Assembly: GCA_900617105.1 (NCBI GenBank)
Contig: UYFQ01000101.1
Span: 1-38,632, forward strand
DNA: 38,632 nucleotides
From: Hydrurus foetidus
Lineage: Eukaryota
Direction: 5' to 3'
Shown: positions 25,276 to 37,199 of the stretch, one piece after another
Position numbering within the stretch: position 1 is the first letter of the stretch
Layout of the letters: each line of letters starts with the position of its first letter
Notes under the pieces: model-generated
What the model was told of the DNA's origin: nothing
What the model saw: the letters and a program-made list of their open reading frames with translations, nothing else
Database searches by the model: none
Translations under genes and position numbers: made by a program

Positions 25276-28072
25276 TCAAACTTCCACAGACGCCAATCCG
25301 ACAGATGAAGGCATAATAATGGCAGTCTCAATTTCCTCCTCGGAGGTGATAGGCTCGTCTTCTACTGTGTGCTCTGATAGAGGAGTGGGACAGTCCGGAC
25401 TATGAGGGCATGGGTCTGGCATCTCCACAATCTTATCGTCAATTTCGTCCGCTGAAAGGTCAATTAGCTCCTTACCACCGCTGGTGCCGCTAGCGTTGCC
25501 GGGCTGTGGCGAGAGCGCTCTCTTCTTCGATATGATGTTTGTATCGATAAGATTATGACTAGGTATCGAGGACCCTAAGCTACATATTCTCTTCGAGCTC
25601 GAAAGTACAGCAGTGCTCTCCCACTCATACGTAGCCCGATTTGCCGACTTCTTATTGTCACTTTCATTGCTTCTTCTTCCATTGTTTCGAGTCGACATCA
25701 AGCACGCCCTTTCTGACACACCTTCTCCACTTGATACTCTCTTTTTTTTCGAGGCGCCACCACTAGCCCCATTCGATTTGCTACTACTACTGCTACTATT
25801 ATCACTGCTGCTGCAGCTGATTCCATCGTTACTCGTGTTGCCATCACTTGTTACTCCATCTTTGTTGCTGTTGCTGTTACTGTTGTCGCTGTTGTTGCGC
25901 ATGTTCACCAGTTCCCTAAGAAGAGTCAGCTCGTCATTCCCTGACTCCCCCGTCAAATCGGCAGAATCGCAGATCATGTCTGCGGCATTGTACAGTCCTG
26001 CTTGGGTGGCGTGTCGCTTGCACTGCGCGGCTTTCGTGGACGGCACCGATGATGGCCTGGACAATGGAAATGGTGATGGCGAAGTTAAAATAATTCCAGT
26101 GAAAATAGTGCTACAATAGTACAGGATCGCGATTATTTTATGTTAATAAGTCATATCGACAAGCAAAGTGAATGTGCTTTTCCTATTACAGAAGCGATAG
26201 GAGACATTTAGGTTTTACCCATTAAATTGAAATGTTTTTCTGCATCGACACAACAGCTGTCATTACATGCGATTGCGAAACTAACCAGAATGATAAGGAA
26301 AGCTCTTTGAAACTCAATTCCTCCTCATCACTGTCCTCGTATATAACCTACACAAGTCACAGAGAAAAACAGATTGAAATCTTGAGTCTTCCCAAAATTG
26401 TAGCCATGCAATGTTAATGATGTAAGTAGGAGATCACATAACAAAGACCAGAGACCAGCACTTCTAACCTTAAAAAATGGATGGTTGAACTGAACAATCA
26501 AACCAAAAAAATGATGGACACCAAACTTCTTCCTCACAAATGTTCCAACGTATAACTCAGGCATCTCACTATTGATTACGAGGGATTTCTGTACAACGGG
26601 GCCCTTCTCAGTACCACCAGATTTCGGCCCTGATTTACCAGTTTCTAACATTTTCTGGGCCATCTGCTTGTAATTGTTCCTCTCTACGGTCATCTTAACT
26701 AAGTTCTCCTCGGCTGACTTCAGTCCACCGTCGGCATCCTCCGCTCTATTAATTTCAATCATTAGATAATTTCGCAACGCACAAATCATCTGCAAATGTT
26801 TCTGCTCGGTGCGCTTTCTCTCAATAACCTCATTTTGCAGTTGCGCCACCTCTCGTCTGACATCATTAATGTCTAGATCAGAATCATCTGTGGACCCGAT
26901 TTTGCCTCGGGCTGTACCGCATTGAAATAGCAGCTGGAGTCTATCTGAACAGCTTTTGATCTTCTCGAAGTAGGCGAACAGGTGCTGAACTCTCTGACAT
27001 TGATCGCGAGTCAACGAGTCTGTAGGTATCCTGTTCCCCTGAGAGGGAATACCATCTACAACAACCACTGGATGGTTATTTTTTGATTCATCATCACTGA
27101 GGAGAGTGACTATTTCTATTCCAGAAGACTGCGACGAGCCGGAGGTATTTGCGGTTGAAGAATTTCCAACGTCACGATTTGATATGAAAGAATCATGTTT
27201 AAAAAGCTCGCACAAAGTATTGAAAGCACCGTCAATAGAGCCAAGTAATGCTTGGCGAGACTCAAAGTTGTCCATCGCAGTCTCGTTTCGCTGTTAATTT
27301 TCTTCGAGAAAATCAATGCAAGGCCTCGAGAAATTGAACAGGAAAACAATGAGGCGTCGACCAATGCCTTGGTAGCGTTGGCAGTATGAAATCCATCCCA
27401 TATCCCATCTCGATTCTTGATCTCCAATCCATCCCAATCGATCCGTCGAAAATAGCAGAGATTTCAAAAAATATTTATACGGTACTGTGCCTACTGTACT
27501 GTACGTGCAACGGGACCCCCTTGGTGCGTGTACGGTTGACACATGACACTGTATACCACAGAGGAAAGTATTTATTACCCCCAACGCATAATAATTCGGA
27601 CAGGATAATAGAGTAGAACTCAGCAATTACACATTAATCATTAATTACAGGCTGAGACTAAATTCACTATACAAGATCATCGCTAATGTAATTGCTGAAG
27701 TACCGAAGTCACAAACAAAATAGGAGGTAACTACTACAGTTCCGATTATCACTAAGAAGATCACATGTCAATGACATATACGATCATGCTACTGTAAATT
27801 GACAAATTGCTAACAGCGATACTACTTGAATGGCTGCTAAACTATTTCTGTAAGATGACTCAGGTCTTCGATATTCGTGTCAATGCAATTTGTTGCATTC
27901 ACAGATTTCCAGTCGCCCATCCAAGCATCGGTTAGGGTAATCATAGACGACTTAATTCTGTTCTGTTTATAGGAGAACTGATACCAATGAGCGTTGACGC
28001 ACACGTAACTTTTAAAAGATCCGAATGCTCCTGCCGAAGTTTCACAGACAGATTCCAATTTCGAATTTCCAT
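25276..28072 (-). CDS. Uncharacterised protein with a coiled-coil region, a Tudor-like domain and a Ser-rich disordered C-terminus, probably 5 exons, ~615 aa
   Basis: Proposed exons 28072-28010, 27962-27843, 27290-26469, 26347-26286, 26056-25276 (all GT-AG, phases consistent; the first two exons are less certain and intron 1 is only 47 nt). Splicing gives YVGTFVRKKFG..HFFGLIVQFNHPFFK|VIYEDSDEEELSFKEL, a Tudor-like pattern. Confidence 0.7.
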
Positions 28073-28723
28073 TTTATAGTATTATAAGTAAGTGCTATCG
28101 GTGGCGATACAGAATTTTTCATATACCGATCACACTTGGCGCTTCCGAACAGTAGTGAAATGTTGTGGATCAAAAGTTAGGGAAAAGATCAAAAATACCA
28201 AATTATTTAATCGAGCACAGCTACCAAGTAATTTATGATTCGATCGATCGATCTTCACAAAAAATGCAATATCTTCGTTTCATTTCCACGACTCTTCTCA
28301 CTAAATTTCTCGCGGATAGGAAGGCTTGTCCATTTCTTTGGTTTGATTTGATGGGGTCGGGTTGATGTCGAATGTGCCCCCTCCGTCCAGCTCAATTCAC
28401 GCCCAAGTCGACTTCTAGGGTCAGACAATTAGTCCATTGATTGCTGCCTTCATATCTACAGTAGGATGAGATAGAGCGCCATTTCAACCAAGTGAAGTTG
28501 CCTCAATAGATGAGAGTATGACAGGTTACTGAAGAAAGCATTCCCTCAGTCACTGTCCTGTTTTTCAGGAACAGGATCACCAGGTCCATACCGGCGAATT
28601 CTGATGCTTACAATCAGACAGACGGAGTTCAGGCGCAATTACGGTTTCAGGCATTGTCGAGATGATAATCTGATCGGTGTGCTGCGGTGCAGGTTTTCAT
28701 TCGGCTCTTTTGTATTAAGGATG

Positions 28724-29851
28724 TCACCAACTTGAGAGTATACTAATATCCTTCTCTATGCTCAACTCGTCAAAAGAACTCAGCTCTTCATATCCTGCTT
28801 TAACTCGTTTTCTCGAGGTCTCTCCTTGAAAATCCCTCAGGGCTTTCCTCTCGAATTCTGTTGTTCCCAAGAATCTTCCAGTATTGTGATTTTCGGTTCC
28901 CAGGAAACGGCTATCAGGAATCGTGGTTATCCTAGCAGCCGCAGGAAATGCGCTCTTTATATAGGGCGACTCAGAATTCTGTTTGAGACTCTCATCAGCT
29001 ATTCCGACGGTAGCATCATCGCTTTCACTGCAGCGGCGTTTTCTCATCCCATAAAAAAATTGTTGAGTTACTTCCATAGTGTGATCGGAAGGAGCGGTGC
29101 TATCTTTTTGACAAGAATGTGGAATGTAATTCACATACTGCACTCGCATAGGCTTCTTGACACAAAATACGCAGTCCTCTTTGATGACGCATGGAAAATC
29201 AACTCCAACATATCTGCAACCTTGAAGTGTTGTTTGGACTTGTTGCTCAAAGGACAGTTGATCGGAGTTATAGTACGCGCTTGCTTCTGCATTGAGAGCG
29301 TTGTCAGTACTGGGCTCCAGCATCATCATCTGAGAAATTTAATGGTGGCGATTATTGAATAAATCCGAGGTGGTGTTCTTGGGCTTCGTTATGTAGAAAT
29401 GACGTCATGCACAGATTGAGATCATGTAAAGTTGCAGCAGCTTCGAAAACATCGCGTGAGTTTCTGAATCAACTTTTCCACGGTACTAGTCGCAAGAGTA
29501 TTGTGGTACCTGAACAGCAAGAGCTAATGAGTTCAGCGTAAGTACTGGGGACCAGTCCAGAGGAAGGAATACCCTCCCCGTCAAGAGATCAACGTTTGGA
29601 TGCCAAATAGGATGCTTTGCCCAAACATCAACGTTCTTGAACGGATAATTCATTGGTATGTCTAGCAGGAAAGAAAAGTGACCACGACGATAAGGTCCTT
29701 CGAGAATGCAGACGCTAAGAGTAATCCCATTTTGATCCTTATTCACTCGCAGACAACTGGATGAGCAGTCAAAGTTGTGCGATAAAAGATCTGTTATATC
29801 CCTGTTTAGCCTCTGAAAGTACATGGGATGCTTCCCTGTCTCCTTGGTCAT
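28724..29851 (-). CDS. Ubc12/UBE2M-like E2-fold protein lacking the catalytic cysteine, with a long C-terminal extension, 2 exons, ~315 aa
   Basis: Exons 29851-29510 and 29329-28724 (GT-AG, phase 0). Motifs EGPYRRGHFSFLLDIPMNYPF, IWHPNVD..GRVFLPLDWSPVLTLNS, and LEPSTDNALNAEA...FEQQVQTTLQG, which resembles the Ubc12 C-terminal helices. Confidence 0.85.
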
Positions 29852-30121
29852 TATCGCCCTAGAAACTTGGGAGGAGATAACGCCAAATGAGCACTTCAAG
29901 GTCGAGCAAATGAAAAATAATGAAGAGAAACAACACTGGCGAACTGAATCGCTTGTGTCACACCATCTCAAGAATCCCCATTAAAAAAAACTACTTCATG
30001 TGCTCATTAAGTTCACAAATGAGAAGCTGGAAGCTGGGCACCTTTTGGAGATGCGAAACTGGCTCCTCTGAGATCGATCGATCCCAGATCACTTCGGTAG
30101 AACGGACTCGACTTCGATTTA

Positions 30122-30387
30122 TGTTGGATATAGCATATCTATCCCTACGGGGACGATCCCCTTGGGGGAAATCCCTTTGGGGTAATATTATCTAAGCCCA
30201 AGCGGAGGAGCGAGGGTAGCGCTTTCAGACCCGAAACCATCACTCAAACTGTACTGGAAGTTGCAACTGATGATGACTGTGAACAGTCAACTGTAGCTAG
30301 TACAGCTAGCCATGAACTGCTTTGTTTTGACATGCCGAGCACTTCTAATTAAAAGAGACTATATGGCTGTGAGCCATTATACCTACA
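30122..30387 (+). repeat. Copia 5' LTR (~266 bp, TGTTGG...CCTACA)
   Basis: First ~45 bp match 38058-38100. The end is inferred from the imperfect terminal inverted repeat cctaca, downstream of a possible poly(A) signal (aattaaaa). Confidence 0.7.
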
Positions 30388-30538
30388 CTTGAGTGAGCTG
30401 TTGGAACGACTTGGTTGACTAGCTGAAAGCAAAGTGTGTTCTGAACGAACCACTGCTATCAACCAGGTGCTCTGACTGGATCCAGGATCCAAAAGGCAGA
30501 CTTATTCCAAGATAGCTAGAAGTCGCGAGCTGCTCAGA

Positions 30539-31773
30539 ATGAGCAAGCAAGGCGAGAAGGGCGCTGCCCAATCCAAATCTGAGAAGGCCGCAAAAACCAC
30601 GCCTGGAGATGGTGTGAGGCCAGAGAGTCTCTCTGAGATCACTCACAACGGGTGGAAAGAATGGGACGATAACATTCAGAGACTGAAAGAGTACATGAGA
30701 GTCAACTTTCAGGATCTCGAGTCGATCTGTCCCGACCCTATGACCCTGACCCTGAAACCGGCCTAAGAGGTGTACCTGCATTGGAGGCGTTGGACGAAAT
30801 CACTGATCCAAAAGGATTTCGAGCCAAGTTAATAATGGCAGACCTGAATAACGACAGAGCGGTCGTGACAAAGATGAGGAGAAAGCAAATGGAGGACCGT
30901 AGATCAGCTTATCGACTGATCCGATCCATGTGTTCACCATCACTTAATGCAATTCTGGTAGTGGAGGAAAACTTCATTGCTGTCAAATTTGACGACCCAC
31001 TTGGACTACTTGATGTAATCAAGTCAGTAGTCACATCAAGATGTGATGGGAATCAGGAATTAGAGCGGTCCCAGGCCCTACGGGATTGGTATACACTCAC
31101 CATGAGTACGGGCGAAGACATCGTAACGTACGGACGTCATGTGGTGAAGCTTTTTGATCGACTTGCTGCAACAGGAGTTCCAGCAGCACAAATTCCAGAT
31201 GCAAAACAACAATCTATGAGGTTTATTGATGGTCTGAGTAGTACCGTGCAGGTCTACCACGACTACAAAAACTACCTCAGTAATTCCCTGGAGTGCACCG
31301 CAATTGACATCTATCCGAAGACCCTGATCGAGGCAATTAATGGAGCAACTAGATTCCATCGTGGGACAAAGGGTAGCGCATTGCAATCAGCGATAGTGAC
31401 CCCCCATACGGCACTTGCGGCGAAGAACCCCGTCAAACCGGGTGGGTCCCCAAAGGGAGAGAAATCACCCGTCAGAGAAAAAGCCAAGAAGATTAACCCA
31501 GCGAAAATCAAGGAGCCTAAAGTCACGTTTGCTAAAGATGTGAAGGAGGGTAAATTCAGTGGAACGTGTTACCGCTGTGGAAAAGCTGGGCATCGTGCTA
31601 GTGAGTGCAGAAAGAAGGCCGCTGGAGAGCCACCTTCAGCCCCACACATATCATATTCGGCCAGGAGGCAAACCGACGAAGTTGACTCCAGTGCTTCAGA
31701 TGATGTCTACACTGCTTTTGGCCAAATGTGGGATCAAGAGGATGACGAGAAAATATGGCGAAAGGAACTGTAG
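30539..31773 (+). pseudogene. gag: Copia gag with CCHC zinc knuckle, disrupted
   Basis: ATG at 30539, TAA at 30764 plus a frameshift into ORF 30781-31773. Zinc knuckle CYRCGKAGHRASEC. Confidence 0.88.
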
Positions 31774-34700
31774 TGTGTGCTACACCACCTCACCGGTGAA
31801 ACTCGCAACCCTCGGTCCTCGGACCGATTTTTCCGCCAACCGTAACATCAACCAACGAAGTACATCGGAGGCCATCTTTGACACAGGAGCTACAGGCACC
31901 ATGATCACATGTGCAGATGTGCTGAGTGACATTGTGACATGCACTCCAACTGTATTCAATGGCTTGCATGGTTCCCTCACTGTAACTAAAGTAGCAAACC
32001 TTCGCGAGATTGGCATCGTTCACTTTGATCCACGTGCTGAATTTTCCACCATCTCGGCATTGGATTGTCTGCTGCAAGGACACAACTGGGAGTTTCGCCA
32101 GGGTTCTACAATAGATCAAGATGCATTTTTGCTTCATACCGATCAGAATACCTACAAATTCCAACATCGTGGAGGGCTATATGTCAACGATTTGGCAACG
32201 CCTCCAGAGCCGAGATATCCTGACGCCGCAGCGCGCAGAACTGCATATGCTTACTCCGTGGTGATGAAAACATCATCTATGAACATATTATACTCTACAA
32301 ATCTTGCCACAACGGAAGCCAACGAAGCCAAATTCTCGAAACGCGAAGTTCAGAGAAGCATCGATGCACGCCGTTTGCAAGCGAGTTTGGGATTCCCACC
32401 AGATCAGAAATTCATTTCTGCGTTGAGGGCTGGGACATTTCTAAACTGCGACATCTTACCTGAAGATGTCACGCGTGCTACAGAAATTTGGGGAGCAAAC
32501 GCTGCTGCACTCAAAGGACGCACTACCAGGCTGAGGCCTATGCCACCACCTCAACTACCTACGACGGCCCGTCACTTCGACGACCAACACATGCATTGCG
32601 ATATCATGTTTGTAAATCGATTACTCACCCACTGGGAATCGTTTTGGTAGCATGCACTGAAAACCTCACGACACCGGTAATCAGGCAGAGTATCAGGCGC
32701 ATGTTCGGTACCATTGGGTCCCGACGCATTTCCATCGTGAAATTTACAAGTGATAATGAACGTGGCATTGCGGTACTAGTCAATGACATGAATGCCATGG
32801 GATTGGAGGTGATTACTGTTGGCCCAGGGCAACACGATCATGTTATTGAAAGAATGATCAGGCACCTAAAGGAGACCATCCGGTGCATCATCTTCAGTCT
32901 ACCGTACTTGCTACCGGATATACTCATGCCCCACCCTGTGATGAGCTCGGCGAAGAAGCTTTTGCTTTTTCCCTCATCAACAAGAATAGATAGGATTTCT
33001 CCTTTCGAAGAATTCATCGGCAGAAAGGCTGACACGAAAAAAGATATCGGACCTCCATTCGGCTCATACTGCCAAGTCACCGGGAGGGTGCTTAGCAACA
33101 GCATGGATCCACGAACCATCGGATGCCTATACCTAGAACCAAAGATGAATGGAACAGGTACTCATACCTTCATGCGCATTGACACAAGGAGTGTCATATC
33201 AGCCAACCACTACGTGGTGTTACCGATACCTCCACTCGTCATCACCACTGTAAACGGGTGGGCATCGAAGAATAAAATACACACATCAAAAGAAGCAACA
33301 TTCACATTCCATGTTAGAGTCATCACTGGAGATGCAGTTGATGATGTGGTCATAATGGATACACCTTCAGATGAGGAGCCCACTATTCAGTTCCGACACA
33401 CACCTCCAATTTTACCGGTGTTCCCAGATGAAACCGACACGCCTGATACCGTAATGGAACCTCAAATTGCTCAAGACCAAATTGAGATTCGGGGTGAAAT
33501 GGAATCAGCGGTCGACACAACCTATACCATTCCAGCTTCCAGCTTCCGACGAAATTTCCGGGCCAGAAACTAAATTTGAAGCAGTACCGGAGGCGCAACC
33601 AGCGGCACCACCTACTACCACTATGCGTACGTATGTACCCAGTGCACCTGTTGAAATGCGCCAGAAATCAACGAGAACCAGAAAGCCACCAGACCGACTC
33701 AACTTAGTAGCTGACAAACTACCTATTCCAACGCAGAAAGAAGGAAATAGGGGTGAGTGGTCATTTATGACGGTTACCCAGGCACTGAAACTTTTCCTGG
33801 ACAAGGCTACTGCGGCAAGAGTCAGAGGTCAAATCACTACTCGCAAAGGGGACATTTTCGGGGGTGCACATGGAACAACTGTCGCCTACACAGAAGCAGA
33901 AGATACTGCGTTCAAACATGAATGTTGTGGAGAAATACCTTCCAACGGTAAACTCTGATGGTGATCGCCAAATCGACAAGGTCAAGGCGCGGTTCTGTGT
34001 GGACGGGCGTGCTCAAGTCAGAGAGGACTATGCACCAGATGAAGTTGAATCACCAACAGCGAGCATAGCTGCCATCTTTACAGTTGCACAGATTGCTGCT
34101 GTAGAAAACCGTTTCATCATGGTCGGGGACGTTGGGTCCGCATACCCCAACGCTAATATGCCGATGGAAAAACCGGATAAAATACTCCATACGTGTATTG
34201 ATAAGAATGTGGCCGACGCAATCATCAAACAAGACATCTCTTTCTTACGTTACAGAAGACACAATGGAGGCCTAGTAGTGAGACTAGACAAAGCACTTTA
34301 CGGGTGTATCGAGTCCGCCAAACTCTGGTATAACGAAATAGCCGAAACTTTACGGTCCAATGGTTTCAAGGCTGACCCGCGCGATATTTGTGTCTTTAAT
34401 AAGGACGTCAAAGGCAACCAATTCACGATCCTAGTCTACGTAGATGACTTAAAGATGACGTGTGCGGAGAAGAAAGCGGTTCTTGACATAGAGCAAATTT
34501 TGATGAGAACGTACGGTCAGTTTCGTACCACTCAAGAGCGGGTTCTACCGTACCTAGGATGCATGTGGGATTATAATGAGCGAGGATTTATGACTGTCAC
34601 GCAGATTGGAATGATTCAAGATCTAATCTCATCAAAGGAAAAAAACCATGCTGGACGCCGTATGAAGCTCATCGGGAACCCATCATCACCTGGTGCGCCA

Positions 34701-34926
34701 CACCTATTTGAGCGGACATTGGACTGCGAATTCCTAAGTGAGAAAGATACTAAAACCTTCCATACCGACGTTGCTACAGCACTCTACCTGGGGAACCGAA
34801 CTCGCCCAGATACTGTATTACTGTTGGGTGAACTTTGCAAACTTGTAAAGGCACCAACAATCGAAGACGACAAGAAACTCGATAGGCTCATATGCTATCT
34901 GAGGGCTACCAGAGATAAGCCATTGG
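31755..34926 (+). pseudogene. pol: Copia pol 5' part (protease, integrase, reverse transcriptase), frameshifted
   Basis: Protease AIFDTGATGTM. Integrase HCDIMFVN...FTSDNE...PGQH..VIERMIRHLKE. RT KVKARFCVDG...DVGSAY...LDKALYGCIESAKLWY...ILVYVDDL. Split over ORFs 31559, 32488, 33467 and 33864, and cut at ...YLRATRDKPL by the DNA transposon. Confidence 0.93.
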
Positions 34927-35137
34927 GTGACCCCGTAAATGCTTGAAAACATAAAATGGCAAAGATCTAGCTCTCATAAACGACGCACAGATCTCAAAAT
35001 CTAGGATGTTGGAAGAAATCTAGACGACCCCTCCCCCCCCCTCGTCTAAACTCTCGATAGAATTCTAGAGTTACCTACATAGCAAACTCGACTTCATATT
35101 GTTGAAATCTTGCTGCTAATCAAAGGAATCGGACACC

Positions 35138-36259
35138 ATGGCTGACGATGATGAGGAAGACGACGATCTTCTTCTTCTTCTGTTTATTTTTGCTGGAGTG
35201 ATGTACTACAACTCCTTGAGAAATAGGTCAAAGCTGACCAGACCAGCAATTCTTCAGCCAGCGATGAGCCCTTGGAACCGACTCTTCAACTTTGGGGATG
35301 ATTCTTCTTTTCTCGAGATGACAGGATTTACTAGAGCCGCATTCGTCAGCCTCAGGGAAGCTGTTTTTCCGCCTAGAATAGCGCGTTACGGTCGTCCAAG
35401 ATCGTTAGATGATAATGGTGACCTCGGTTTATATCTTCTCTACCTTGGATCTCAAATGAAGACGAAGCATTTATGCTTGATTTTTGGGATTGTTCCAACT
35501 ACAGCGGAGGTGACGATAAACAAAGTCATGGATCAAGTGTGCCGTCGGCTGAGACGTCATCCTGCTTCACAAATAGTATTTCCTACTCAAGAAAAGATGG
35601 CTAAATTCGCTAGGATGGTAGAGCGTCGAGAACCGCTTATTAAGAACGTTATCGGATTCGTTGATGGAGTGAGCGTACCAGTTCAGTGTTCGGACGATGA
35701 GCTTCTACAGAGGGCAGCATACTGTGGATATTCACATGATACCATGTGCAACAACGTTTTTGCTTTCTCTCCAGAAGGCAAAGTAATTTATGCTGCTATC
35801 AACTTTCCGGGATCATGGCACGACAGCACTGTTGCGTTGCAATTCATAAGATTGGTCATCTCAAAGATTGGAACGTACGCTCTCTGCGTCGATCAAGGCT
35901 TTCCAAGACTTGGCGATTTGTACGATAGGTTCGTTGGTCCACTACCGAAACGAGTGAAGAGGAAGCTTACACCTGAAGCTCGCGAGTACATAATACCACA
36001 GCATGAGAAATACATATCACTACGTCAAGCATCTGAGTGGGGGATGCGAGCCCTTCAAGGTACATTTTCACGGCTCAAAAGTCGGATGACTTCGAATTTG
36101 AAAAAGAGAGAAAGAATTATTCTGAGTGTCGTACTGTTACATAATTACAGAACTGAAATTGTTGGATTGAATCAAATCGCCGCTGTTTTTAATCGTCATT
36201 ATCAGCAGTACATCCACTTAGATAATTATGACAGAATTCACCGATATTTTGCTAATTAA
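35138..36259 (+). CDS. Harbinger/HARBI1-like DDE transposase, 373 aa, intact
   Basis: Single ORF with motifs FLEMTGFTRAAF, LCLIFGI (HTH region), VIGFVDG, PGSWHDS, LCVDQGF, RQASEWGMRALQGTFSRL and LHNYRT. All three catalytic acidic residues are present. Confidence 0.92.
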   Translation: MADDDEEDDDLLLLLFIFAGVMYYNSLRNRSKLTRPAILQPAMSPWNRLFNFGDDSSFLEMTGFTRAAFVSLREAVFPPRIARYGRPRSLDDNGDLGLYLLYLGSQMKTKHLCLIFGIVPTTAEVTINKVMDQVCRRLRRHPASQIVFPTQEKMAKFARMVERREPLIKNVIGFVDGVSVPVQCSDDELLQRAAYCGYSHDTMCNNVFAFSPEGKVIYAAINFPGSWHDSTVALQFIRLVISKIGTYALCVDQGFPRLGDLYDRFVGPLPKRVKRKLTPEAREYIIPQHEKYISLRQASEWGMRALQGTFSRLKSRMTSNLKKRERIILSVVLLHNYRTEIVGLNQIAAVFNRHYQQYIHLDNYDRIHRYFAN

Positions 36260-36260
36260 A

Positions 36261-37199
36261 TTATGAGTTTCTATCAGGGTACTCGTTAAAGCGATCAATG
36301 AATCTATGTGGAGAATGATTTGAGGGATGTACTGGTGAGTTAGCTGAGCGCGGTGCGTAAATCACGGGTGCGTCGTCATGATATGCTCTGCGAGGACTGC
36401 GGCTTGGCTGTTGATTCCTTGGTCCCATCATCATTAGCATCATTTGGAATTGCTGATTCTGTTGGACTCGTGACTGTTCATTGGCTTGCTGCTGTGCTGC
36501 ACTAGCTTGCTGCTGCATTTGCATCTACTGTTGCATTTGTAACATCATCATAGTCATCATATTTGGCTCTGTGGAAGGGGTCACAGGTGCAGAGTGCTTT
36601 TTCGTTAGTACTTCAGCAAGATTTGACAAGGCTGCTCCAGCTCCCCCTCTTGCATTGTTTCTACTATTCTTTGATTTGGTGCTCTCAGCGGAATCTATCG
36701 ATTTTCTTTTCTTCACAGCTGCGACGCGCTCTTCAGCACGCTCTTCAGGCGCTGCAACTGAATTTGCAGGCAACGCTACTGCAACGCGATCAGCGATATC
36801 GGCAGCAGGAATATCCTGCTCGGCTAGATCCTTTTCATCACTGCCCTTGTCATCGCCCGAATCAGAGGTGGACTCTTCCTCATCGCCATCGCCGTATGAA
36901 CCCGCTGCTCCTTTGCGACAGATGCGCAAAAAAATTGCTTGGCTTCTTCCCACGCTTTCCTTTGGCGCTGCTGATCCGGTGACCTTTCTGTTGTTGTCGC
37001 ATAGCGACTTGTGAATCATGAAATGCCTTTTGATGTCATGATTATCTCGATCAACTTTCTCTCCCGATGCGATTTTGTAACGTTTGCAAACAGTATCCCA
37101 TTCTGTTGAGCAATTTGGCAGAATCGCCTCGATTATCGTGAGGAGCACATCGTTCTTGTAGTTCGGAACGCCAGTTCCTCTGCCTTTTGGTGCTGCCAT
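36261..37199 (-). CDS. Harbinger ORF2: Myb/SANT-like (DUF6818-like) DNA-binding protein with acidic and Gln/Met-rich C-terminus; one in-frame TAG at 36525-36527
   Basis: N-terminus KGRGTGVPNYKNDVLLTIIEAILP...EWDTV...R....IKRHF...L....KVTG. ORFs 36525-37199 and 36261-36524 are in the same frame, separated by one TAG inside MQQ*MQMQQQ. The domain call is from recalled pattern, not a search. Confidence 0.78.

Noticed and set aside
25613..26119. Leu-rich 168-aa + strand ORF resembling a membrane protein
   Set aside because: It is the antisense shadow of the Ser/Asn-rich last exon of the Tudor-like gene.
31740..31775. Programmed gag-pol frameshift in the Copia element
   Set aside because: It can be explained by one extra A in gagaaaatat, and the element has many other indels, so decay or sequencing error is simpler.
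36525..36527. TAG read as Gln (alternative genetic code or read-through), since it lies in a Gln tract and no host gene here ends in TAG
   Set aside because: I saw no in-frame TAG in the reconstructed host exons, and five host stops are too few to be informative. C->T nonsense changes are also seen in the neighbouring decayed elements.
36481..37014. Cys-rich + strand ORFs (36481-37014, 36563-36982)
   Set aside because: They are the antisense shadow of the Gln/Ala-rich Harbinger ORF2.
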